Positions 18,779 through 27,968 of a stretch of DNA of 29,149 bases are shown here, in pieces (the stretch's first letter is position 1; every line of letters starts with the position of its first letter). Location: positions 1 through 29,149 of the forward strand of contig CAVQGX010000066.1 of NCBI GenBank assembly GCA_963712115.1, given 5' to 3'. The DNA is from an uncultured delta proteobacterium (lineage in GTDB: Bacteria; Desulfobacterota; Syntrophobacteria; BM002). A program made the position numbers and the translations under genes. The notes beneath the pieces were generated by a model. That model did not search any database and was not told where the DNA came from. It saw only the letters and a program-made list of their open reading frames with translations.

Positions 18779-19775
18779 CCGATGTCGGGGGTTTAAAAGC
18801 TAGCGACACAACCACTGTAAATGTGACCGGGGATAACGACCCCCCCACCGCAAATGCTGGACCCAACCAGACGGTGGAAGAGAAGAGTACGATTACCCTT
18901 GACGGATCGAATTCGTTTGATCCTGATGACGGCATTGAGTCTTATCTGTGGAAACAGCTAGCTGGACCTGTGGTAACCTTTTCAGACCCTACTATTGATC
19001 AGCCAACCTTTACTGTCCCGAATGTTGGAGCTGATGGAGTATCACTGAATTTCCAATTGACAGTAACCGATTTCGGTGGTTTGCAATCTTCGGACACTGT
19101 CATTGTCAATGTAATCGGCTATAATGATCCTCCCATAGCCAACGCGGGAGCTGATCAGACGGTGATCGAGAAGAGTACAGTCACCCTTGACGGATCAAAT
19201 TCATTTGATCCTGACGATGGCATCAAGTCTTATCGGTGGCAACAGGTAGCTGGATCCTCGGTAACCTTCTCCGACCCTGCAACTGATCGACCGACCTTTG
19301 AGGCGCCGGGCAATAATAATATGGTGAGTCATTAATCTTTGAGTTAACAGTCACGGATTCTGGCGGCTTGCAGTCTAATGACTCCACCACAGTCTCTGTC
19401 AGTGATTATGAGAAAGACAATCCCGGGGCATCGGGCGGCGGTTGCTTTGTCGCAACAGCGGCTTATGGTTCTTCTATGGAACCGCAGGTGACGATTCTGC
19501 GCAAATTCCGCGACCGCTACCTGCTCCCCAACCCCCTTGGGAATGCTCTTGCAGACTTTTACTACAAGTGTTCGCCACCTTTGGCTAACTGAATCGCTAA
19601 GCATGAAAATATAAGGATGATAGTGAAATTTAGCTTGTTACCAGTGGTTGGATTATGTTGGATGGCCCTGAAGCTCAGCCCCATACCTGCCTTGTTATCA
19701 GTTGTCCTCATGTTAGCCCTGCTAACTGTATCAATAGAAGTTCTAGCCCGGATGTTTCATGAATCACCTGATTAA
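18762..19775 (+). pseudogene. PKD-like repeat surface protein with CFI-box-CTERM; 5'-truncated, frameshifted, nonsense
   Basis: Repeats NDPP.ANAG..QTV.EKST.TLDGSNSFDPDDGI.SY.W.Q.AG; frameshift near 19315-19320; [13 protein letters not shown]; in-frame TGA at 19590 followed by IAKHENIRMIVKFSLLPVVG and a TM segment. Confidence 0.85.
19744..19770. mobile_element. Solo end of MITE family B
   Basis: TAGCCCGGATGTTTCATGAATCACCTG matches the start of the 14564 copy. Confidence 0.75.
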
Positions 19776-20110
19776 ACGTTTTCACCTTGAATCACTTTGA
19801 ATGTTCTTAATTCCTGCAGAAACTCGATGGCGATACCAAGTTTGTCCCCATCGACCCTGACGACAATACCCGGACCTTTAAGAAACAAGCTTCTCTTCTG
19901 CCCTGTAAAAGTAGGAGGTAGGGAAAACTGAATTTCGGTTTGATCGTTAGCATGGAAGGCCGACCAGGAAAGAGATAAGATAAACGCTCCACCTTGAGAC
20001 ACATCCAAAGTAACACCTTCCACTTCAAGAGGTGTACCCAGCACCCTCGCCTTTACGAGAAATTCTTGACTTAATCTTGCGTATTTACGTCTCTCAATCA
20101 AGGTATCCAC
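19772..20110 (-). CDS. PilZ domain protein (type A)
   Basis: ERRKYAR, DVSQGG, GIAIEF; paralog of 12027-12353. Confidence 0.9.
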   Translation of the reverse strand: MDTLIERRKYARLSQEFLVKARVLGTPLEVEGVTLDVSQGGAFILSLSWSAFHANDQTEIQFSLPPTFTGQKRSLFLKGPGIVVRVDGDKLGIAIEFLQELRTFKVIQGENV

Positions 20111-20375
20111 ATTATGCCATTTGGCAAGAAACGAAACAAGTATTTGATATCAGACTTATTTTAAATAACTAATTGAATTTATTATAAAAATATTTCAATA
20201 AAACAATAAATAACCGGTTGACATCTGGACGATAGAAGGGTAATTTATTGCCTACTTGTGGCAATATATTTCTTATATAGGTTGGCGCTTTGGTACTTAA
20301 GTATGACCTTTGGGGTTGATTATTTTAACCTTTCACACCAGCAGAAAACCTTAAGAGCTTTGTCGAAGGCTTGTC

Positions 20376-20849
20376 ATGGCCTACCAACCTTGGAAGACTT
20401 GCCAGTACTTTTTTACTGAGGAGTGCCCCAATCTGAGTTTTATCTCTAAGGCGATTTTGATCCCGCAATTTCTCGATCCTTCCGAGACAAAAATGTTAGA
20501 GAGAATTTGCGCAAATTGCGAAACATGTCGAGACGAGAAGAGGGGCAGCTTACGAATAAGACGGCCTCTTAAGGCTTTCATTGAAAGCCAGGAGTCGAAA
20601 AGAACTTCTCACGGCTCCATATTGAATGTAAGCTCCACGGGTGCACTAGTTGAGTTAGATAATTGGCTCAATTTTAGAGTTTGCGAAATAATAATGATGC
20701 AGATCTATAGCGCTGATCAAGTATCCGATCATGTGCAAGCCCACGTAGACAAACGACAGAGTATGGTTAAAAGAATAATAGAAGATAAAAGACAAGTTGG
20801 AGTGATGTTTATAAATGACAGAAGTGTCAATAGACTTGTAAATTTTTAA
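20376..20849 (+). CDS. Cys-rich domain-PilZ fusion (type B)
   Basis: WKTCQYFFTEECP...IPQ...ICANC, EKRGSLR, NVSSTG. Confidence 0.88.
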   Translation: MAYQPWKTCQYFFTEECPNLSFISKAILIPQFLDPSETKMLERICANCETCRDEKRGSLRIRRPLKAFIESQESKRTSHGSILNVSSTGALVELDNWLNFRVCEIIMMQIYSADQVSDHVQAHVDKRQSMVKRIIEDKRQVGVMFINDRSVNRLVNF

Positions 20850-21270
20850 CAATAACTCCACATTTGAGCATACCCTAAAGCAAAATCTAGCGAACAATCA
20901 ATCCGATGTCAAGAACAAATAGCTAATTCCACTCTTATCCACTGATTTTAAAATGATAGCAGGTTACAGTTGAACAAGTAGTTAAGAAATCGCTGGGGTC
21001 TTATTTGCCCCTATAACCCAAGGTTATTATTTTTCCAGTTGAGAAGCTCAACCTCGAATATAGTAGAATAGCCCTCGAATGAGGCCATTTTGTCTCCGAG
21101 CTGTTTATGCCGGTGCCTTTTGCTGATTCTTCATCATGTCCAAACGACTCCTACTTTTTGGTAGTTTTTTGCCTATTTTATAACCATGAATACCAAGTTT
21201 TTCTCAATCCCCTTTTTGGTTAAACGCAGTATATATATGAATTAACAGGAAAAAAATAAAAAAGCTGTGC

Positions 21271-21286
21271 TGGCATATTTGTTGCC
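21271..21286 (+). promoter_or_regulatory. sigma54 promoter
   Basis: TGGCATATTTGTTGCC = GG-N10-GC; A-tract upstream; 14-bp motif 112 bp upstream. Confidence 0.78.
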
Positions 21287-21325
21287 TTTGTAATTGTGTG
21301 ATCTACTGCTTGTCCAAGCAATCTC

Positions 21326-21544
21326 ATGTCGTTAATAATATCGAAAGCCCGTGCGAAAAACATGCAGTCAAAACTCTTGAAAATCTCCAAGTGTGAATTG
21401 TGTGAAATAGAACTCTGCAAGAGTCTAGCTCCTGTCATATTTTGGACCTCTGCACAAATGCACTGCTTTTGCAGCCAAACATGTAGGGACCGATGGTTAC
21501 ATCTGTTTCCTCTGGGACTAGAACTGGAGGTGGCTGTAAAATGA
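21326..21544 (+). CDS. Small TRASH/MYM-like zinc-binding protein
   Basis: CELC...HCFCSQTCRDRW, similar to 373-558; start may be ATG 21362. Confidence 0.65.
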   Translation: MSLIISKARAKNMQSKLLKISKCELCEIELCKSLAPVIFWTSAQMHCFCSQTCRDRWLHLFPLGLELEVAVK

Positions 21545-21780
21545 GTGATCACTGCTTTGATCGTCGCCGCATATATGATCTTGACTACTTCTTGCGTGGT
21601 GGGATTGAGAGAAGAACAGGCGCTTGGAATGAACAGGCGGGTGAGGACGACCCATTAGGTAGGGACCGTAGCCGAACCAGGCACTCTTATCCTCTCAGAC
21701 TTGAAGTTCCGAGAGGCAAGAATCGGAGGGGCGGAACCGAGGGACACAACACTCCTCGGGGGCATTATATATGGCTGTAA
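21541..21780 (+). CDS. Small Arg-motif protein (DRR...ERR)
   Basis: ATGA overlap with the upstream stop, GGAGG RBS; DRRRIYDLDYFLRGGIERR; the C-terminal half may be non-native. Confidence 0.45.
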   Translation: MSDHCFDRRRIYDLDYFLRGGIERRTGAWNEQAGEDDPLGRDRSRTRHSYPLRLEVPRGKNRRGGTEGHNTPRGHYIWL

Positions 21781-22005
21781 ACTAGCATTTTACATTATTG
21801 CTCATGTGACAATAATAATTAGCTGTGAAAATAGAGATTCGGCCGGAGAATACTTCCGCTTCTCCCTGGTCGCCCAGTGGGCAAGGACCAAAATCAGACT
21901 TTCTTCCTATTTACACAAGCTGTTTAGTTATCATAATCTAAAAGCAGTCACATTCCTCCTATCACTCATCTCTAGTCACTAGTTCGATAAAGACGAGGGG
22001 GATGA

Positions 22006-22527
22006 ATGACAGATAAGAATATATTTGTCATTGCTCTGCTCAATTGTTTGTGGCCAGATGGCCGCATAAACCAAACTAGGGCATGGAGAGAAATTAGAGT
22101 CTTAGTAAAATTCCTGTCCAGTCTCCTTCTTGTCCTGCTTCTATTCGTTGGAATCAGCGCCGCTCCGATCGTGTGGATACATAGCTACGTCGTTCCCATC
22201 CCTATCGTCATAAAGATTTTTGGTGTTTTTGACATCAATGAGGAAGCCTGGGAAGCTAATGTATTTGAAGGACGTGCGGGAAAAGTTCGGAAGGAATATG
22301 AAACTTGGAGGAAAGAGAGAGAGATGAGCGAGCAGATGGCATTGTTCTGGCAGAAGTCTTTGTGGAACAGTTGGCTCATTCTATCCGCTTTCGGACTTTA
22401 CGTCTTCTTATCTTTCTACTGTTTAGTCCACAAGTTTTCTTTTGAATTATTCCGTCGCTACAAGAAGGGAGTATTGTTGCGAGAAGGTATTTATGCCTCA
22501 AGAGAAGGCCATTACGTAAGAGATTAA
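22006..22527 (+). CDS. Hypothetical membrane protein
   Basis: GAGGGG RBS; two hydrophobic segments flanking a charged helix. Confidence 0.7.
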   Translation: MTDKNIFVIALLNCLWPDGRINQTRAWREIRVLVKFLSSLLLVLLLFVGISAAPIVWIHSYVVPIPIVIKIFGVFDINEEAWEANVFEGRAGKVRKEYETWRKEREMSEQMALFWQKSLWNSWLILSAFGLYVFLSFYCLVHKFSFELFRRYKKGVLLREGIYASREGHYVRD

Positions 22528-22723
22528 GGATAAATCGTTACTCTATAAAATCTTCTACCACTTCCCTCTGAGTCCACATATCATACTCCACAGTCACGCC
22601 CCTTTTGCCCTGTCCCAAGATGTAGTACTATGGCCCCCAGAGCTAAAACTGTAAATTGAGGGATGTAAATTTTCACATTTCTCATCATCGCATGGATTTG
22701 CCATTAGATGCTCTGCACTCCTA

Positions 22724-22795
22724 TTAGCCGAAAATCACCTCCAATCTGGTTCTTAGACTATGATTCAAAACCCTTTTCGTAGACTCATTCCACAT
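22724..22795 (-). CDS. Possible 23-aa peptide
   Basis: GGAGG-ACAT-ATG; MWNESTKRVLNHSLRTRLEVIFG. Confidence 0.3.
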   Translation of the reverse strand: MWNESTKRVLNHSLRTRLEVIFG

Positions 22796-23045
22796 ATGTC
22801 CTCCGCTTTTCACAGCTAGTATGAAGTATAGACAAGTTTTTTCGACCAGGGATGGTACATCAGACTTTGCAAGAAAGGAATTAAGCACCCTGTCAAAACC
22901 GATAGTGCCATTGAAGATACAAGATGCAGTTAAACACTGTTTGTTGAATTGCCCTCAAATTTCCTTGACAATCTCGGAGGGAGGTCTGAAGATCGTATAA
23001 AATTCATGACGCGAGGATATTAATCGAGCACAGGAGGTATTCTCA

Positions 23046-23411
23046 ATGGTTGTACAAAATAGGGAAGGCATTGTATGGAAGATTATGTTTATAGTAGTTC
23101 TTGTGCTGGGACTATCCTTGGGAGGATGCGGCAATGTCGACCGAGGAGAGGCACAGGTAGTGTTTGAGAGAGGGGTGAGAACCTATGACATCGTACCAAA
23201 TACCCTTCAGCTCCAATCCGACACGGATCCGACCATAGTAGTAACTGGTGAAGCCACGAAGTATACTTTGGTTGATAATGGAAGGGTATTATTCACAGCA
23301 AATGATACCACTGGAAATAGGAACATTGTTCTTGATCCCGATGATATCGTCATCGAACGCCCGATGGCCAACTCGGTTACGGTTGTAACGCAGAGAAGCA
23401 GGCTTTTATAG
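23046..23411 (+). CDS. Putative lipoprotein
   Basis: AGGAGG RBS; hydrophobic stretch ending LGG-C; beta-rich mature part. Confidence 0.78.
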   Translation: MVVQNREGIVWKIMFIVVLVLGLSLGGCGNVDRGEAQVVFERGVRTYDIVPNTLQLQSDTDPTIVVTGEATKYTLVDNGRVLFTANDTTGNRNIVLDPDDIVIERPMANSVTVVTQRSRLL

Positions 23412-23928
23412 GGGATAATTTCCTTCTGGGGTTTGTCTCGCATTTACAAACCAGTGGAGGACAAGTGAATAAAGATGCAAGGTAAGCTCTCTTAACTTTT
23501 CCCAGGGAGTCCACATTACATACTAAACTTTTACAAGGGTCGAGGTGAGTTCAGATTTTCATCACTAGATAAATTTTTTCTCCCTTTCTAGCACCCCGAA
23601 AATAGACTAAATGGTCATTTTGGTATTGACAAGATCGACATAAGATGTGATAAAGTCAAGCTACTGCACTGTTCTATCCTTTAAGCATGGTTAATAAACC
23701 TTGTACTGACCTGTTTGTCTTTCCCACGTCCAAAAACACAAGCCCTACATTGCAATCTCTTTTGGATTCGAGTTCGAATGGCAACATGTCAGTTTGGTTG
23801 TCACTGAAGTCAGCTAGATACCATTTTTTTCGGTATTTACTACTGGCCGGTAAAGGGCGGAAAAATAGCCTTAGTAAAGCGAAATCAATTGGAGATACTA
23901 AGAAGCCGAGCGCAGACAGGGTGTGTTG

Positions 23929-24327
23929 ATGTCTCTTGATCAGGAAAAACGTCTGCAACCACGGACGCCCGTCAATTGGCCTTGTATTATGTTGATCCCA
24001 CAGAAGTTCATTGCCGGAGAGGTAATAAATATCAGTACCAGCGGTGCCTTCATTCATTGTCTTGCCGCACCTAGCCATGAGGAATCTTTTCGCCTCTTAA
24101 TTAACGTTTTGCCTGAAAAGAAAATAATGTTGGCCAACGCAGTGACGGTCAGGTCGACTATCTCAAGCTGCCATGATGATCTCTCTTCTTGCGGGATAGG
24201 CGTCCAATTCACGGAAGCATTTGGTGGTGGCCGAGAGTTTTTTTCCAAATGCGAACATTTTTCAGAGCTAGAAAGCAGAATGGAAAGTGAGAAAGGAAAT
24301 CCTGCCATAGTAAAAACCAAACTGTAA
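23929..24327 (+). CDS. PilZ domain protein
   Basis: EKRLQPR, NISTSG, GIGVQF. Confidence 0.88.
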   Translation: MSLDQEKRLQPRTPVNWPCIMLIPQKFIAGEVINISTSGAFIHCLAAPSHEESFRLLINVLPEKKIMLANAVTVRSTISSCHDDLSSCGIGVQFTEAFGGGREFFSKCEHFSELESRMESEKGNPAIVKTKL

Positions 24328-24810
24328 TCATCCGTCCTTCTGCATTCATTGATCCATTCAACACTTGCTGCGAAACAACCACAACAAAAGACCCTCCATG
24401 CGCTCCGAACCAGCATGCTATCTTGGTCTATGGGTGTGCTCGGTTTGAACTTGCATATCTCTGCCTGGCAGACAATAGTGAAAAAACGCGATATTGAGAG
24501 AAAAGAAGAGAAAATAGCAGAAAAGCCAGTTCGCTCCTTTGCGATCCAAATTCTCTAAAGCAGATATCATCAAGCTATCCGAACACTTCCTTAGATATGC
24601 TGTAAAAGTGGTTCAGATATTGCGAAGTTACACGGTGACTTATAAAATAATCATATAATTGTAATAGGTTATAAAAGTTCATAACGCGAGTAGCTGATAC
24701 CATTTTCAGGTCAAACTAGATTTGACGGACAGGAGAATAATAGGCTAAGAGCTGCGGTTGTCTTGTGAGAACCAATATCATAGATTAAGAAACCCGAGAG
24801 GTTTGCGAAC

Positions 24811-25176
24811 ATGTCTGTCCATAAAGAAAGGCGGAAATATCCTAGAACTGATATAAACTGGCCTGTTCTCATTCGAGATACTATCGGCGCTCAAGTAGCA
24901 GAGATAGAAAATCTCAGTGGCAGAGGAGCCCTTATTCGCAGCCACATACCACTTATGCCTAAAGACAAGTTTAAGCTTCACATCATGGTCCCTGGGCATA
25001 GGCCGGTGAATCTCAGAGCTGAGGTGGCTTGGCTGCAGGTTAGTTGCACTCAAAATTGTGCCCTCCCGTGTGGAATGGGGGTGCGTTTTCTAAGAATCTC
25101 CAAACGAGATTTTAGCTGTCTTGCTCAGATAGTAAATGAGCACAACGGAGAGGCAGCCGCACCAGAGAAATTGTAA
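24811..25176 (+). CDS. PilZ domain protein
   Basis: ERRKYPR, NLSGRG, AEVAW, GMGVRF. Confidence 0.92.
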   Translation: MSVHKERRKYPRTDINWPVLIRDTIGAQVAEIENLSGRGALIRSHIPLMPKDKFKLHIMVPGHRPVNLRAEVAWLQVSCTQNCALPCGMGVRFLRISKRDFSCLAQIVNEHNGEAAAPEKL

Positions 25177-25272
25177 GCCTTGGTGTTGAGTAAGGCCAAC
25201 ACTGGTTTGAGGCATCAACCTAACTATATCGTCGGTATCCCCAACTCATCCGCGTCCGTTTTTCCAAAGTCT

Positions 25273-25470
25273 ACCATAATGTTGCAAACCCAAACCGGCA
25301 AAAACCGCTGCGCTCGCGCGATAGCACGCCATCTGAGGCTGTGCCCACCTCGGACAGGACTTCACTTACGGTCAAGTACGCCTCGACCTGTCCGAGCCTA
25401 TGCGCAGTCCGCCTGCGGCGGAACGAACTCTTGCGTGTTTTTCCTCGGAATGGGTCTGCAACATTAGGGT
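25273..25470. mobile_element. MITE family A copy 4
   Basis: ACCATAATGTTGCA...TGCAACATTAGGGT; same internal hairpin. Confidence 0.88.
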
Positions 25471-25963
25471 TTACACATCACACCCCACCTTATCCTTTGA
25501 TAGCCAGCTACCATATCTATGGTCAGTTTGAACTATTATTTCTCAAGAACCACATCAAAAGAAAGATCCAGACCTGAGCATGGTAGTATCGACCAGACTT
25601 CACTGCTGTCCTCCTAGTCTTGGAGTTAGCATCGAGTTTAACAATCTTTCTTTATTTATAATTCTCTTTCAAAAATCTCTCAACCAATAAGGCGCTAACC
25701 TCATCCCAAAATGCAGCAATTCTTGTCCGACTAAACACGTTATACTTTAGTTTATGACCCGAGAGCGACCACCTACACTTTGTGGTGAGAATTCCGGAGG
25801 GATAGTGTGAATTAAGGCGCGTAATACAAAGTCCTTTCCCAGTCCTCAACACTGTCCACCTCACTTTCTCTCTGGTTGCTTTTGGGTAGGCCATAGAAAG
25901 GGTTGTCAGGATATGATATGTTTAACCTTTCGTAAAATACTGCATTCATTTTCGCGGACCGAC

Positions 25964-27283
25964 ATGAGTAAAAAAGAAGCTACTTCCTCCAACGCTCTAG
26001 GAAAAGGGTTTTACAAGAGCGTCGTTCGCCAAATACGTCGATCTCGCAAGCCCATTACTATTCTGTTCACTGATGTAGTGGGTTCGACTCGCTACTGGGA
26101 CGTTCATGGTGATGTCAAGGGTCGATTGATGATCGATCTACTCAACCGACTCATTTATCCTGTGATCAGAAGACACCGTGGCAAAGTGATCAAACATATT
26201 GGTGATGCCATAATGGCGTCCTTTCGGTCCCCTGCGAACGGTCTTAAGACTGCAATTGGGATTCAGCAGATCTTAGAGGAGAGGCGTAAGCAAGACACAA
26301 ACTTTCGGTTGAAGGTGCGAATTGGTGTCCACACAGGCGAGGCTTTGGTGGAGAACAAAGATGTATTTGGAGATACAGTCAATTTGGCCGCCCGCTTGGA
26401 GCGCTGTGCCCGGGGCGACGAAATCTGCGTATCGGGTGACACGGCAGAAAAGTTAAGTAAGAAGGACTTTGGCTTAGTCAAGACAGGCAGCATCTTGCCA
26501 AAAGGCAAGCGCAGTGAAGTTACGATCTATCAGTGCGAATGGCGCGAATACCCGAGCATTATTGATGAGATAAAAGAGGATGCTTTGCTCCAAGTGTTAA
26601 TGCGGCAGAAGTTTGAATTGCTGGCCTATTTTTTTGCTTGCCTCGTTATTCTTTATTTCCTATTCATCAAATATTTGCGTTACCTCCTCGCTGACAATGA
26701 GAACTTTGCCTTACTCACCCTAAAACTCCAGCGCATCCTTGACGTTCGCATTGCCATTCCATTTGCCATGGTAGTCTTGGCTATTGCGACTGTAATTTTC
26801 CTTTTTCGTACAGGAAGTGTCCCCTATTCTGCCCTGAGGTTCCTAAAAGGTGTGTTTGGCTTTACCGTTGGATTCATGCTGCTCTTTATACCAACAAACT
26901 ATTTTCACCCTGATTTGGGCCTGAGATGGAATGAAACGCTCTACCAATCTCATCACCTCTTCGTCGAAGTGCTGGAGGACAAAACAAGGATTCACGAGGC
27001 GCCCTCCGAAACCTCGTCCGTCATTTACGTAGTCAATGATGGCACGATCCTCCTGTTGTCTGATGTCATAGAACGGGAGGGGATTAAATGGAACAAGGTC
27101 TTGGTGGGTAAGAAGAGGTATGGCTGGCTTCCCCGCATTATCCCGGCAAAGATAGGTTTACCTGAAAAACGGCTCAGCATTTCGAACAAGTTCTATTTCA
27201 GATATCATGATCTCTACGCATTCATAATAGGCGTAGTCGGTTTTATCTGGGGTGTGCTGAGCTTCAGGTTTAAACCTACGTAG
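25964..27283 (+). CDS. Class III adenylate/guanylate cyclase with TM segments and SH3b-like domain
   Basis: TILFTDVVGST, VIKHIGDAIMASF, RIGVHTG, DVFGDTVNLAARLE (K and D suggest ATP specificity); three TMs, IHEAPS..W.KV..YGW (SH3b-like), final TM. Confidence 0.93.
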   Translation: MSKKEATSSNALGKGFYKSVVRQIRRSRKPITILFTDVVGSTRYWDVHGDVKGRLMIDLLNRLIYPVIRRHRGKVIKHIGDAIMASFRSPANGLKTAIGIQQILEERRKQDTNFRLKVRIGVHTGEALVENKDVFGDTVNLAARLERCARGDEICVSGDTAEKLSKKDFGLVKTGSILPKGKRSEVTIYQCEWREYPSIIDEIKEDALLQVLMRQKFELLAYFFACLVILYFLFIKYLRYLLADNENFALLTLKLQRILDVRIAIPFAMVVLAIATVIFLFRTGSVPYSALRFLKGVFGFTVGFMLLFIPTNYFHPDLGLRWNETLYQSHHLFVEVLEDKTRIHEAPSETSSVIYVVNDGTILLLSDVIEREGIKWNKVLVGKKRYGWLPRIIPAKIGLPEKRLSISNKFYFRYHDLYAFIIGVVGFIWGVLSFRFKPT

Positions 27284-27287
27284 TGCA

Positions 27288-27445
27288 ATTAAGGGGGAAG
27301 TCAAAAAAAGAAGGATTACCTTCAAGTTGGAGGCATCAGGAGCCAAAGAGGCAAGCTTGGTAGGAGACTTTAACAGTTGGGATGTCAAGAAGCACATAAT
27401 GAAAAGGGAGAACAAAGGGAGGTGGGGCAAGATTGTTACTCTTGT
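27288..27445 (+). pseudogene. Glycogen-binding (CBM48/isoamylase early set) domain remnant
   Basis: KKRRITFKLEASGAKEASLVGDFNSWD...MKR..KGRW.K.V.L; no in-frame start upstream of the domain and the YEY.F.VDG.W half is missing. Confidence 0.75.
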
Positions 27446-27564
27446 CATTTGCTACCCTCAACAATTTGTTCAATGTGTAAATAGCTACGTTATTGAAGAC
27501 TGGCATGGTTTAAAGGAAATGGCCCCTGCTGGCCTTTGTACCTCAGGTAAGTGGGTTTTTTTTT

Positions 27565-27580
27565 GGGTACTGGTTTTGCA
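27565..27580 (+). promoter_or_regulatory. Candidate sigma54 promoter
   Basis: GGGTACTGGTTTTGCA = GG-N10-GC. Confidence 0.6.
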
Positions 27581-27590
27581 AAGTTAAACA

Positions 27591-27677
27591 ATCGATGTGG
27601 ACCTGAGTGTCGCCTTGGGCCACTATCTCCTATTGCCCCCATCAGTTTGGCAAGTGGCTGATGGGGGTAACTTTTTC
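27591..27677 (+). ncRNA. Candidate sigma54-driven small RNA
   Basis: GTGG..CCAC hairpin, TATCTCCT linker, GCCCCCATCAG..CTGATGGGGGT hairpin, T-tract. Confidence 0.5.
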
Positions 27678-27684
27678 AAAGCAT

Positions 27685-27940
27685 CCATCCTATCCGCCTC
27701 GGGATAAACTTCTAATAAGAAGTAGCAATTTTTTTCTTAGATTAGGTAGTTGATTGACTTACAACTACTACGATGACTACCTTTGGAATATTAGCTAAAT
27801 ATTTAAAGATTATAGCAATTTTGCCAAGAGTCCTTGCTGGCACATGTTTTGATATTACCCAAGTGCTAGGACTACGGGGCTTATGCCCCTAAACCCCCAT
27901 CAGATTTCGGTAAAGTCTGGTGGGGGCTTTCGCCCAAGTG
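27685..27940 (+). repeat. Paralogous sigma54 promoter/leader cassette (copy 2)
   Basis: Homologous to 65-310; TGGCACATGTTTTGAT at 27838; CCCCCATCAGA..TCTGGTGGGGG hairpin at 27894-27926. Confidence 0.8.
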
Positions 27941-27968
27941 CTACCCTCGTAACTATAGGAGACGAGTT

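Noticed and set aside
19590-19592. In-frame TGA as selenocysteine or alternative genetic code
   Set aside because: The position is normally hydrophobic in this tail, the gene has other lesions, and intact genes here end in TGA.
27284-27300. TGCAATTAAGGGG as another copy of the TGTRAATTAAGG motif
   Set aside because: It overlaps the CBM48 remnant coding frame and deviates from the consensus.
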